Of a stretch of 64,000 bases of DNA, positions 39,041 through 50,934 are shown piece after piece (the first letter of the stretch is position 1; every line of letters begins with the position of its first letter). The stretch is from Octopus bimaculoides (lineage: Eukaryota), in NCBI RefSeq assembly GCF_001194135.2, contig NC_068982.1, forward strand, positions 55,597,940-55,661,939. The letters are read 5' to 3'. The notes under the pieces were generated by a model. That model was not told where the DNA came from, searched no databases, and saw only the letters and a program-made list of their open reading frames with translations. Both the position numbers and the translations under genes were made by a program.

Positions 39041-39261
39041 CTATGAAGTTAACCCTTTATCTGTCCAAAGCATTTTTATAAGTTTGTCTTTTCATTACTG
39101 TATTTATTTTGAGATGCTCTGTGTTTCTTTTAATTACTTTGTTTTCAGATTTTTAGTTAGCCCCTACTTCATATGTTCTGAGTAGCATAAAGCTTTCCTT
39201 TTATAAGTCCCAAGATACTTTGGTGGTTGAATAAAATTGAGTATGTTTATCATATGTGATA

Positions 39262-39645
39262 GTGGAGGCGCAGGGGCCAGTGGTTAGGGAAGCAGACTCA
39301 CGGTCATAGGATTGCGGTTTCGATTCCCAGACCGGGCGTTGTGAGTGTTTATTGAGCGAAAACACCTAAAAGCTCCACAAGGCTCTGGCAGGGGATGGTG
39401 GCGAACCCTGCTGTACTCTTTCACCACAACTTTCTCTCGCTCTTACTTCCTGTTTCTGTTGTGCCTGTATTTCAAAGGGCCAGCCTTGTCACACTGTGTC
39501 ATGCTGAATATCCCCGAGAACTAAGTTAAGGGTGCACGTGTCTGTAGAGTGCTCAGCCACTTGCACGTTACTTTCACGAGCAAGCTATTCCGTTGATCGG
39601 ATCAACTGGAACCCTTGATGTCGTAAGCGACGGAGTGCCAACAAC
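39262..39645 (+). mobile_element. SINE family C, full length tRNA-derived
   Basis: TGGAGGCGCAGGGGCCAGTGGTTAGG (A box)...GGTTTCGATTCCC (B box); tail ACGGAGTGCCAACAACA; about 90% similar by eye to the inverse copy at 56815-57195. Confidence 0.9.
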
Positions 39646-40212
39646 ATCATATGTGATGCATGGATGCTAAGGAAATAAGTCCTGGGTGTCATGTGTGATA
39701 CAGAGGACAGGGAAAGGGTTAACAATGTTACCAAGGAATACAAGTATAAGGAAAGGAAAAAGTTTTGCAACATGTTTAATATTGGTTTCAAATTTAGGCA
39801 CAAAGCCAACAATTTTAAAGGTGGGATTACCTTGACCCCAATGCTTGACTGGTATCTATTTTTTTGACTCTGAAAGGACGTAAAGCAAGTCAACCTTGGC
39901 AGCATTTGAATTCAGGACATAAAGTTGGAAAATGTCACAAAGCATTTTGTCCAGAACAGCAACGATTCTGCTAGATCACCTTAATAACAACAATAATAAT
40001 AATAGTTTCAAATTTTTGGCACAAGGCCAGCAATTTTGGGAAGTGAGTAGGTTCATTACATTGACCCCAGAGCTCAACAAGAACTTATTTTATCAACCAC
40101 AAAAGGATGAAAGGCAAAGTTGACCTTGAATTTGAACTCAGAACATGAAGACAGATGAAATGCCACTAAGCATTTTGCCCAGCATGCTAACAGTTCTGCC
40201 AAGCTTGCCACC

Positions 40213-40649
40213 TTAACCCTTTCGTTACTGTATATATTTTGAGATGCTCAGTGTTTCTTTCTATTTAGCCAGAGAGGAAGCAGATAAGAAAAAAAATTGC
40301 CAATATTCTGCGCTGTGAGGACCAATGACTTGAGGTATTTCATATGGCAAGACAGTGTGTGAGAGAGAATTGTGATGTCATAGGAGAGGAATGTATCCGC
40401 ATGGATGATGGTTCACTTGCATTAAACGAGGCTGCAAAGAGAGAGGTTTGGAGATGCCACTATAAAAGGTTGCTCAATAAAGAGAAACAAAGAATTTAGT
40501 AAAATAACTTAGTTATCATTCAGCTAGTGTTAGGAACATAAATTGTGACTAAGGTTTGGTGGAGGATTTTCATTCGAAACTTATGGAAACAAGACATTTG
40601 TACTCAGAGCCAGAGCCGGTTTCAGCCAAGCTGGTAATGAAAGGGTTAA
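40213..40649. mobile_element. TTAA MITE (second family) carrying an internal RTE fragment
   Basis: TTAA-CCCTTTCGTTAC...GTAATGAAAGGG-TTAA; 40262-40486 matches 42135-42360. Confidence 0.85.
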
Positions 40650-40969
40650 ACATATTTAATATTACACATAGTAATGGAATTTGGTCAAGATAAATCTTCA
40701 TGCCTGGTTGCAGAATGAGGGAAACTAATGAAATGATTAAACAATATGGCTGTTAAGAACTATATTATATGTGTCAGATGATGAATACCACAAAACTAAT
40801 GAAAATATATATAATATTTGTTTTTGCAATAAAGAGTATTCCATGAAAACAGAATATTAAAATAAAACTAACATGGTCTTTGGTAGTCTAGTGTTGAGTA
40901 TCCTTGTCAGTCATGCAGGAGACCAAACTTCAATTCCTAGCTGGAGAGTTGATATACACTTTCCAATAG

Positions 40970-41295
40970 GTGCAGGTATGGCTGTGTAGTAAAAAGTTTA
41001 CTTCCCAACGGCATAGTTTCAGGTTCAGTCCTACTGTACAGCACCTTGGGCAAGTGTCTTGGGTCAACCAAAGCCTTGTGAGTGGATTTAGTAGATGGAA
41101 ACTGAAAGAAGCCTGCATAATAATTGGTGTTGGTTTGTTTACTTCCAACAACTTAGCAGTTTAAACAAAAGTGGACCAACAGGATAAGTACTAGACTTTA
41201 AAAAAAAGTACTGGGGTTGACTTGTTCAACTAAACCCTTCCAGGCAGTGCCTCAACATGACCACAGTCCAATGATGAAACAAGTAAAAAATAGAA
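40970..41295 (+). mobile_element. SINE family A
   Basis: GCAGGTATGGCTGTGTAGTAAAAAGTTTACTTCCC...CACCTTGGGCAAGTGTC...GATGAAACAAGTAAAAAATAGAAG. Confidence 0.85.
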
Positions 41296-41994
41296 GATCT
41301 ATAAGCCGTATTTCTTGCTGCTGAGAAACAATTACATAGCTGTGTACAACTGTTATCAATGTTGTTTACCCAATAAATCTAACCATTATATTTAAAATAA
41401 ATGATAAAGGAATATTCATGGACATTCATTGGAAAAAATGGGCAAATTCTGTGTTCTGATTTTACATTTACAATTGTACGTAAAGGCATTGCATTCTAGA
41501 CTTTGCTTTTCATCTCCATTTGGGGGATAGCAAAATAAGTACTTACTGAGCACTGGAGTCAAGGGCATTGACTAGGCTCCTCCTACAAACTTTACAAGCC
41601 TTGTAATCAAAATAAACAGTACATGATCTCGCAGGTGGGGCCCAGTTAGAATTTTCTTCAGGTCGAGTAGCCTAACCCGCTCAAAAGGTCCCTGAATAAG
41701 GTTTGTTTAAGGATGTTGAACAAAACACCCATGTTTCCAAAGGTGAATTATTCAAACCCCAAAGAATTCCTCTCAACACAAGGCTATGATGCTCCTCCAC
41801 TACTTCTGCTCATGATCAGAGATGCTCATATCGTCAGCCACTAAGGGACATGCTCAACTGGTTAAGGTCAAACAACTGACAAGCAAATCTTTGGTATTGA
41901 GCAGAATATTTGCTGTAGCCCATCTTTTATACCAAGACAAAACAATGTACATGATAACACTTACAATCAATTAAAATCAGAAGCCATGAGAGTC

Positions 41995-44460
41995 ACTGAC
42001 CCAAGGTAATGTGGTGTTGGAACAATGTTGCTGACAGGGCCATTAGGGAAAAGAAACAAGCTTGGAAGGACTGGAAGAACGGTGGTAGCAGGGAATTGTA
42101 TCAGACTGCCAGAAGGGAAGCTAGAAGACAGGTTTATTTAGCCAGAGGGGAAGCAGATAAGAAAGAAAATTGCCAATATTCTGTGCTGTGAGGACCAATG
42201 ACTTGAGGTATTTCATATGGCAAGACAGTGTGTGAGAGAGAATCGTGATGTCATTGGAGAGAAATGTATCTGCATGGATGATGGTTCACTTGCACTAAAT
42301 GAGGCTGCAAAGAGAGAGGTCTGGAGACGCCACTATGAAAGGTTGCTAAATGAAGAGAATGAATGGGAGAAAGAGAGTCTGCCAAATGCCAACCCAACAG
42401 AGGGACCAGCTATCCGAATTGATAGTACCTTGGTAGATAAAGCAATTAAGGGTATGAAGACAGGGAAAGCCTCCGGCCCATCAGGAATCACTGCAGAGAT
42501 GATCAAAATATCTGGCAGTGTCGGCTATAGCCTAGTCACCTGTATAGTTAACCAGGTTATACATGAAAGAGTCATACCCAATGACTGGTGTAGCAGCACC
42601 GTAGTCAACTGCTACAAATGTAAAAGAGATGCTTTAGATACAAATAATTACAGAGGTATGAAGTTGTTGGATCAGGTAATGAAGGTGACGAAGAGGGTCA
42701 TAGCCCAACTAATTAGGAAGAGAGTCAGTCTAGATGAGATGCAGTTTGTGTTCATGCCAGGGAAAAGCACCACTGCTGCTATATTTCTGGTAAGACAGCT
42801 GCAGGAGAAATACCTAGCCAAAGATAAACCTCTGTACCTGGCTTTTGTTGACATGGAGAAAGCCTTTGACAGGGTACCCTGATCCCTTATCTCGTGGTCA
42901 GAGATAGATGAATGGTTAGTGAGAGAGGGTTGGCAACGAGTACAGTGAAGAATTCCGGGTAGGGGTAGGATTCCACCAAGGATCAGTTCCCTTGGGAGCT
43001 CCTCTATGCTGATGACCTTGCTCTAATTGCTGAGTCACTATCAGAACTGGAGGAAAAGTTTCAGGTGTGGAAGCAAGAATTAGGATTGAAGGGCCTTAGA
43101 GTCAACCTACCTAAAACCAAAGTCTTGAAAATGTGCAGAGAACAGCTTCTGTCACATTCCAGGGAGAAAAATTACAAGTAGTTGATAGCTTCCCTTACCT
43201 AGGGGACCAAGTCAGTAGCCAGGGTGGATGCTCTGAAAGTGTAGCTGCTAGAATAAGAATAGCCTGGGCAAAGTTCAGAGAGCTTCTACCTCTACTGGTG
43301 ACAAAGGGCCTCTCGCTCAGAGTAAAAGATAGACTGNNNNNNNNNNGTTCAGAGAGCTTCTACCTCTACTGGTGACAAAGGGCCTCTCGCTCAGAGTAAA
43401 AGATAGACTGTATGATGCATGTGTTCGAACAGCCATGCTACATGGCAGTGAAACATGGGCTGTGACTGCTGAGGACGTAAGTAAGCTTGCAAGGAATGAA
43501 GCCAGTTTGCTCCACTGGATGTGTAATGTCAGTGTGTATACATGACAGAGTGTAAGCGCCCTGAAAGAAAAGCAGAATTTAAGAAGCATCAGATGTGGTG
43601 TACAAGAGAGACAACTGTGCTGGTATGGTCATGCGTTGCGAATGAATGAGGACAGCTGTGTAAGTGTCACACCCTAGCAGTTGAGGGAACCTGTGGAAGA
43701 GGTAGACCCAGGAAGACCTGGGATGAGGTAGTGAAGCACAACCTTTGAATACTGGGCCTTACTGAGGCAATGACTAGTGACCGAGATATTTGGAGATATG
43801 CTGTGCTTGAGAAGACCTGACAAGCCAAATGAGACCATAACCCATGGCCTATGCGAGTGGGTGTAACCAGCCCACTTATGAGTACCCCTCATTCATTGGA
43901 CAATAAACTTTCCTTGCGAAGACCTGTTGAGGCAAGTGAAATCAAAATCAAAATTGCCGACGTGGCTGATGATAGTACCACCTGATTGGCACTTGTGCCA
44001 GTGGAACGTTAAAAGCACCATCTGAGCGTGATCATTGCCAGGGCCGCTGATTGGCTCCTGTGCCGATGACACATAAAAAGCATCATTCAAACATGATTGT
44101 TGCCAGCGTCGCCTTACTGGCACATGTACCAGTGGCATGTGAAAAACAACATTCAAGCGTGGTCGTTGCCAGTGCCGTCGGACTGGTTCCCATGCAGGTA
44201 GCATGTAAAAAACACCTTTTGAGCATGGTCGTTGCCAGAACTGTCTGACTGGCCCTTGTGCCAGTGGAATGTAAAAGCACCTACTACACTCTCGGAGTGG
44301 TTGGCGTTAGGAAGGGCATCCAGCTGTAGAAACTTTGCCAGATCAGACTGGAGCCTGGTGCAGCTTTCTGGCTTGCCAGTCCTCAGGCAAACCATCCAAC
44401 CCATGCCAGCATGGAAAGCTGACGTTAAATGACGACAATGATGATGATGATTATTATTAT
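41995..44460 (+). mobile_element. Largest RTE-clade LINE copy: 5'-truncated, decayed RT, long 3' UTR, (ATG)n tail
   Basis: ORF 42217-42882 (MKTGKASGPSGITAEMIK...NYRGMKLL...GKSTTAAIF..RQLQEKY...LAFVDMEKAFDRVP), LLYADDL near 43000-43020, RIRIAWAKFRELLP, GRGRPRKTWDEVV near 43695-43735, tail ACGTTAAATGACGACAATGATGATG. Confidence 0.95.
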
Positions 44461-44461
44461 T

Positions 44462-44960
44462 AAGGCGGTGAGCTGGCAGAATTGCTAGTATGCTGGGCAA
44501 AATGCTTAGGGACATTTCGTCTGTCTTTATGTTCTGAGTTCAAATCCCGCTGAAGTCGACTTTGCCTTTCATCTTTTCAGAGTCGATAAAATAAGTATCA
44601 ATTAATTACTNNNNNNNNNNNNNNNNNNNNNNNNNNNNNNNNNNNNNNNNNNNNNNNNNNNNNNNNNNNNNNNGGGGGGATGTAATTGACTTAGCCCCCT
44701 CCCCGAAATTTCAGGCTTTGAGCCTACAGTAGAAAGGATCATTATTATTCTTAAGGTAGTGAACTGGCAGAGTCGTTTAAACGCCGGGCAAAATGCTCAG
44801 TCGCATTTCATTCGCCAGCATGATCTGAGTTCAAATTCCACCAAAGTCGACTTTGCTTTTCATCCCTTTCGGGGTCGATAAAATAAATACTAGTTGAGCA
44901 CTGGTGTTATGTGATCAGCTTACCCACGAAATTGTTGGCCTTGTGCCAAAATTTGAAATC
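44462..44960 (+). mobile_element. Two SINE family B copies (first spans an N gap)
   Basis: AAGGCGGTGAGCTGGCAGAATTGCTAG at 44462 and AAGGTAGTGAACTGGCAGAG at about 44752. Confidence 0.85.
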
Positions 44961-45459
44961 ATTGTTATTTAAAACTAAAATTTAAGAAGAATGATGTTAC
45001 ATCTTCATTCTTCTTAACTTTTAGTTATTTTCACTTATTTTGCCATCCCCCAAATGGGGATGAAAAGGCAAAGTCTAGAATACAACACAAAAAATGAAAA
45101 ATTTATCCTAGTCACATAATGTTAAGTTTAGACTTATTGACAAATTTTACCGTTTTACTTCAAACAATTAGCTGAACCCAATAGTCAAACGGAGTTAGTT
45201 CCCTTGTGTTTTGTTTTATTTTTATCACAAAGCTTTGAATTTTCTTTACTGTTTAATACTCATTTTGCCTTGCTTGCATAAGTGTCGTTTTTTGAAGATG
45301 ACAGACTACTGTTTAATGGAGATTTGGTTGTTATTTTTCAGCCCCACTGCGTGGCACCTTGGGCAAGTGTCTTCTACTATAGCCTCGGGCCAACCAAAGC
45401 CTTGTGAGTAGATTTGGTAGACGGAACCTGAAAGAAACACGTCGAGTATATATGTATTA

Positions 45460-45545
45460 GCAATGACCCATGGACGTTGACCAGCATGGAGACGTCCGAT
45501 GGTTTGCTCCCTCTGATTTTGTATCAGTCTTGGTATGCTTGCTGC
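45460..45545 (-). mobile_element. Tc1-like transposase N-terminal remnant
   Basis: IPRLIQNQREQTIGRLHAGQRPWVIAN resembles the first HTH of Tc1-like transposases. Confidence 0.5.
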
Positions 45546-45856
45546 TTTCAGGAAACAAATGACAGGCTGGTAAATTTGGGTACCTTTTATACCCAATGAG
45601 TCAACGTTTTGACCCTGCATCATGCTTTTCATAAAGATGCATTTGCAAGCATTACCATGTTCACCAAAAGTGAGCAAGTTTGAATCCTACATGCAATCCT
45701 TGTGTTTTCAAAAGAGTGGTGTTGTGGGTCAGTGATATCTTCCTGATGTCAAACTACCTAGAAATGTGATAAAATCATATAATCTCAATATTGTGTGTAA
45801 CGAATATTCTTTTACGGTGCCATGTTGCTTTTTTGGTTCAGTATGTATGTATGTAT

Positions 45857-46128
45857 GTACGAAGTGCATTCTAGAAGTTTGGGAACTTTTCCATAAGAGA
45901 CATTTATTAATTTCGAAGAAGTACAACACACTAATCTCCTTCAAAGTAGGACCCTCTGATCTCAATGCACATGTTGTAGCTCTCAGTCACCTCGTGAAGG
46001 CCCAATGCAAGTCCTCCAAGGTTAAGCTGTCGGCGGCTCTTGTCACAGTTTCTTTCATCGTCTCAACGTCTTCAAATCGACTGCTTTTGAGGTTCTTCTT
46101 CAGCTTGAGAAACAGCCAAAAGTCACAG
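45857..46128 (-). mobile_element. Mariner 3' remnant with TIR
   Basis: IASCDFWLFLKLKKNLKSSRFEDVETMKETVT...; TA-CGAAGTGCATTCTAGAAGTTT TIR-like end near 45857. Confidence 0.8.
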
Positions 46129-46221
46129 GAAGCAATGTTTTGTCTTGATTGTAGGGATATATATTAATGTAAACAACTGAATAGTGCAGTGGGGAGAGAG
46201 CGAGAGAGAGAGAGAGAGAGA

Positions 46222-46727
46222 NNNNNNNNNNNNNNNNNNNNNNNNNNNNNNNNNNNNNNNNNNNNNNNNNNNNNNNNNNNNNNNNNNNNNNNNNNNNNNN
46301 NNNNNNNNNNNNNNNNNNNNNNNNNNNNNNNNNNNNNNNNNNNNNNNNNNNNNNNNNNNNNNNNNNNNNNNNNNNNNNNNNNNNNNNNNNNNNNNNNNNN
46401 NNNNNNNNNNNNNNNNNNNNNNNNNNNNNNNNNNNNNNNNNNNNNNNNNNNNNNNNNNNNNNNNNNNNNNNNNNNNNNNNNNNNNNNNNNNNNNNNNNNN
46501 NNNNNNNNNNNNNNNNNNNNNNNNNNNNNNNNNNNNNNNNNNNNNNNNNNNNNNNNNNNNNNNNNNNNNNNNNNNNNNNNNNNNNNNNNNNNNNNNNNNN
46601 NNNNNNNNNNNNNNNNNNNNNNNNNNNNNNNNNNNNNNNNNNNNNNNNNNNNNNNNNNNNNNNNNNNNNNNNNNNNNNNNNNNNNNNNNNNNNNNNNNNN
46701 NNNNNNNNNNNNNNNNNNNNNNNNNNN
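46222..46727. other. Assembly gap (N); other gaps at 44611-44673, 54731-55414, 62716-63325, and 10-N joins at 16447, 22681 and 43337
   Basis: Runs of N, mostly flanked by microsatellites. Confidence 0.99.
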
Positions 46728-46827
46728 ATATATATATGGTGCTGTAACGGTTCTGCCACCTCGTCACTATATCTATTTCTAACTTAATAAGAACATTCAA
46801 ATACAAAGAAACAGGAAAGAAGAGAGA

Positions 46828-47280
46828 TCATCATCATCATCATCATTTAACGTCCATTTTCCATGCTGGCATGGGTTGGATGGTTTGATTGAAAACTTGT
46901 AAGCTGGGGAGCTGCACTAGGTTCCAATCTGATTTGGCATGGTTTCTACAGCAGGATGCCCTTCCTAATGCCAACCAGTCCAAGAGTGTAGTGGGTGCTT
47001 TTTAAGTGCCATCGGCATAGGTGCCAGTTATGTAACACCAGCACCGGCCACAACTACGATCTCACTAGGCTTGACAAGTCTTATCAAACACGGTATATTG
47101 TCAAAGGTCTTGGTCACTTATCACTGCCTCCGTGCGGCCCAAAATTCGAAGGGTGCTTTTTACGTGCTACCGACATGGGTGCCAGGTATGTAACACTGGC
47201 ATCAGTCACGACTACGATTTTACTTGACTTGAAGGATCTTCTTACGCACAGCATATCGCCCAACGTTCGAAAGGCGCTTT
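46828..47280 (-). mobile_element. RTE LINE 3' UTR copy
   Basis: (CAT)n-TTAACGTCCATTTTCCATGCTGGCATGGG...GGATGCCCTTCCTAATGCC. Confidence 0.8.
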
Positions 47281-47391
47281 TTACGTGCCAGTTACACGAC
47301 ACGAAAAGAAAGAAAAGAAAAACAAGGTGTGAGTGGGTAAGATGAAGCGGGAGGAGGCGATGGGTCACGTACCCTAGAACAAATAGTGAGC

Positions 47392-47622
47392 TCAGACACG
47401 CCCCGCAGTAATGGCCGCGATGGCGTTGCTCTGGTGAATGTTCAGCGGCACTCGCTGCAGCAGCCACTCCACCTCGCGGGGCTCATTTCTCTGACAGGCT
47501 ACCGTTTTTCCTATTTTGCCGAGAATATCGATAGTACGGGGGGTCCAAGAATACCTTACCCGATGCCTGGACGGCGGCTGGCCAAGCCCCTATATTCATT
47601 GATTTTTCTCTCCTCCGCATTA
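47392..47622 (-). mobile_element. CRE-clade (RLE) non-LTR retrotransposon C-terminal remnant
   Basis: AEERKINEYRGL, then GILGPPRTIDILGKIGKTVACQRNEPREVEWLLQRVPLNIHQSNAIAAITAGRV*, matching the CRE-type ...PR...LxQRxSxAIQRGNA terminus; locally GC- and CpG-rich. Confidence 0.75.
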
Positions 47623-48299
47623 TGGAAGTTTGCTGTGAACTGTTATTATTATAAAGGTAAACTACTCCTTCTAGAAGATATTAACACCACAATATTAAAA
47701 CGAGTCTGGTAATGAAATAATGTAAGGGAGACAACTGTCACAATCTTAATTTCTATCCATCTTTATTTCTGTTCAATATAAATACCAGTAACCATCAAAC
47801 ATCAGAAATCTATAAATAAGTACTTGATTGATAAGCACTCGTTATTTTAATTTTGTAAAACATTTTAAGAATATTTGAAACATCTTATAGAATTTAATAT
47901 AGTTGTACTTTAACGATCGTCTCCAACAACAATGATAAACGGTCTAAGGTGCATGTTTAAAGCACCAGTCTCTTCGTGTTCTACTGCTTCAACATGGTGT
48001 TTTTTGAGGCAGTCCTGCAGCATGGCCGCAGTCTAATGACTGAAACAAGTAAAATATAAAAGATAAATTACATACACAGATCCACATTTATGTATGAACC
48101 AAGCTTGTGGGACGTCAGAGAATGGGGCTCCCTTTTACTCTGAGAAGCCTAAAGCTTGGAATACAAAATTAACAGGCTTGGTTGTGTGGTAAGAAGCTTG
48201 CTTCCCAACCACATAGTTTTGGGTTTCTTCCCACTGTGTGACACGTATATCTGCGCGCGCGCGCGTGTGTACGTGTACATCTCCTTATCTTCATCATAG

Positions 48300-49120
48300 G
48301 AGTTGGCCAGCTGGATAGCTGTCCAGACCCCAATTGTGTGTTTGGGCATGGATGCCCTTCTTAATGCCAACCACTTTACAAAGTGTGTTGGGTGCCTTTT
48401 ATGTACCACTGGCATGGTTGCATCTACATAGCACTGGCTCAAGTGCATTTTATGTGACCCCAGCATGAGTGCATTTTACATGACACTGGCACCTGCAAAA
48501 GATATATCTGTATGTATGGATGGCTGCGATTTTACTTAGCTTGTCATATCTTCTCAAGTACAGCAAATTTCCACAACTCCTGGGTTCTTGTCATTTCCTC
48601 ACTGAGGCCCAGCATCTGAAGATCATTTCGTTTCCTGTCTTCCTGGGTCTGACTCTTTCACAGATACCCTCTACAATTAGAGCTCAGCACTTCTTTACAC
48701 AGCTGTCCTCATCTGTAGGCATTGCATGACCAAACAAGCACAGTCATCTCTCTTGTGCACAACATCTGATGCTTCTTATACCCAGATTTCCTCTTAAATC
48801 ATTTACACTCTGTTGTATGTGCACACTGATATTACCCATCCAACAGAGCATGCTGGTTTCATTTCTTTTAAGCCTTTTCAAATCCTCTGTAATCATAAGC
48901 CATGTTTCATTGTCATGTAGCATAGCTGTACATACACAGGTGTCATATAATCTGCCTTTCACTCTGAGAGCAAAGCCCTTAGTTACCAACAAAAGTAGAA
49001 GCTCTCTGAACTTTGCTCAACCCATTCTTATTCTAGTAACTACTCTTTCAGGACTTCCTCCTCCACTGCTAACTTGGTCACCTTGGTAACATAAGCTATC
49101 TACGACTTCTAGTGATCCCC
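48300..49120 (-). mobile_element. Decayed RTE LINE (RT C-terminus plus 3' UTR)
   Basis: ORF 48744-48992 KGFALRVKGRLYDTCVCTAMLH..ETW; aligns with 43200-43620. Confidence 0.85.
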
Positions 49121-49799
49121 CGAGCATTTGAGGAAGTCTAATGTCTGTGTATCAAAGCATTCCAGCTATGACAAATCCATTCTGTTTATTTAGTGCATTT
49201 AGGCTACATCAAATCAATGTTCCCTTTTCAAAACAAAACAACAAAAAAAAAAGGTAAATTGTAATTTGAAGGAGATTTGGTCGATATTTCTAGCAGATCA
49301 AGTAACCTCTTAGTGCTTCACGACAATATCTCAGTTTGAAGATTGGAGAACTGAAGTAAACAGACAATTATTTCATTTTTTTTTCCATAGAATAACCATC
49401 TAGTTAGAAAAATAGCTGCTCATACAAAATGTGAATGTAAAATTCAACAAAAACCATTTAATCCCTGCTGCTAGAAAGCCACCCAACAACATACAATCCC
49501 ACCTCAGAACAATGAGGTAGATATGTATTTTTTTCACAGTTTACTTGGCATTTCCTTTTCACCCTATTACTGTAAAATTAAAATTCTTGGTTATTCCAGT
49601 GCTGATGTTAATTAACCGAAAAAACCCCAAAAGAACATGGTATTTTCTGCAAGTGACATTACTTCAATAAACTTGAGATATCCCAACAGAAAAGAATTTC
49701 AAACATGATATTCCTTCACAAAAACTAAACTGGTGTATAAAACTGCTTTCCACAGCTAATGATATTGAAATTTGGAATGGATACATCTAAACACTTAAC

Positions 49800-49809
49800 T
49801 TTATTATCA

Positions 49810-49864
<55 letters not shown>

Positions 49865-49932
49865 TACTATTATTATTACTATTATTATTATTATTATTAT
49901 TATTATCATTATTATTATTATTATTATTATTA
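49800..49932. repeat. (ATT)n microsatellite
   Basis: About 44 units; it explains the poly-N and poly-L ORFs. Confidence 0.95.
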
Positions 49933-50115
49933 AGGTGGTGAGCAGGTAGAATTGTTAGCACACCAAATGAAACGCTTAGCGGTATTTTGTCTGTCTTCAT
50001 GCTGCTGGGGTCGACTTTGTTCATCCATTCAGGGTTGATAAATTAAGTACCAGTTACACACTGGGTCAATGTAATTGACACATTCCTTCCTCCAAAATTT
50101 CAGGCCTTGCATTTA
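49933..50115 (+). mobile_element. SINE family B
   Basis: AAGGTGGTGAGCAGGTAGAATTGTTAGCAC...; ends GGATTATTATG. Confidence 0.8.
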
Positions 50116-50934
50116 TGGATTATTATGTCTGGAATGGATTATTATGCCTGGAAAGGACCTTTATATGTACCTCATATAACTAATTTTTTTTTAAACATCC
50201 AAGGGAAATAACCCATACCACCTGCACAGTATTTTTTTTAAACACTCAAGGGAAATAACCCATTTCATTGTTTATGTTTGATTAATTTTGAATATTGATT
50301 TTTGTGTGTCCGATTTCTAATTTTTGCAGACAATATCACTTTTTTACTTTTTTGACACGTGAGTAGAACATGCGAGTCTGGAAACCTCGTGACATACTTA
50401 TATCGTTGAAAAAAAATCGATAATATGGCCCATCCAATGGATCCTCCTATCTACTACATATTACTAATATTTTATTTAAACAACCCAAGGTAAATAACCC
50501 ATACCACTTGCAGTTTTTAGCAAAGTGATCAATATTTGATTCTCATGATCAGCTGACCTAATTCTGCATTTCACTACTCACATTTTTGAACTGCTAAACA
50601 TTACTAATAAAGCAGTGAGCTGGGAGAATTATTAGCATGCCAGGCAAAATGCTTAGTAGAGTTTCTTCTGTTTGTTTATATACAATTGTATTGTATAATG
50701 TGTAGTATGCACATTAATGCAGACATGTAAATATAATTTATTATACACTGAAATTATTAATACATAAAGAAGGCTGTGAAATGGGTGTAATCCTAAGGAT
50801 ATTAAATAGTTAAATAAATATATTCACCTCTCATATCTCCTAACCTTTATGGTTTATACACACACACACACTTCATCATCATCATCATCGTCGTCATTGT
50901 CATCATCATCATCATTGTCATCATCATTATCATC

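Noticed and set aside
39262-39335. Stand-alone tRNA genes at SINE heads
   Set aside because: A/B-box heads run into SINE bodies and lack a complete cloverleaf; they are treated as SINEs.
43273-43410. 64-bp direct duplication inside the RTE RT
   Set aside because: The two identical copies flank a 10-N join (43337-43346); this is an unmerged contig overlap, not biology.
49389-49474. Possible terminal exon NNHLVRKIAAHTKCECKIQQKPFNPCC* (cystine-knot-like CxC)
   Set aside because: Only a strong acceptor supports it; too short for a family call, and a stop here conflicts with the downstream exon chain.
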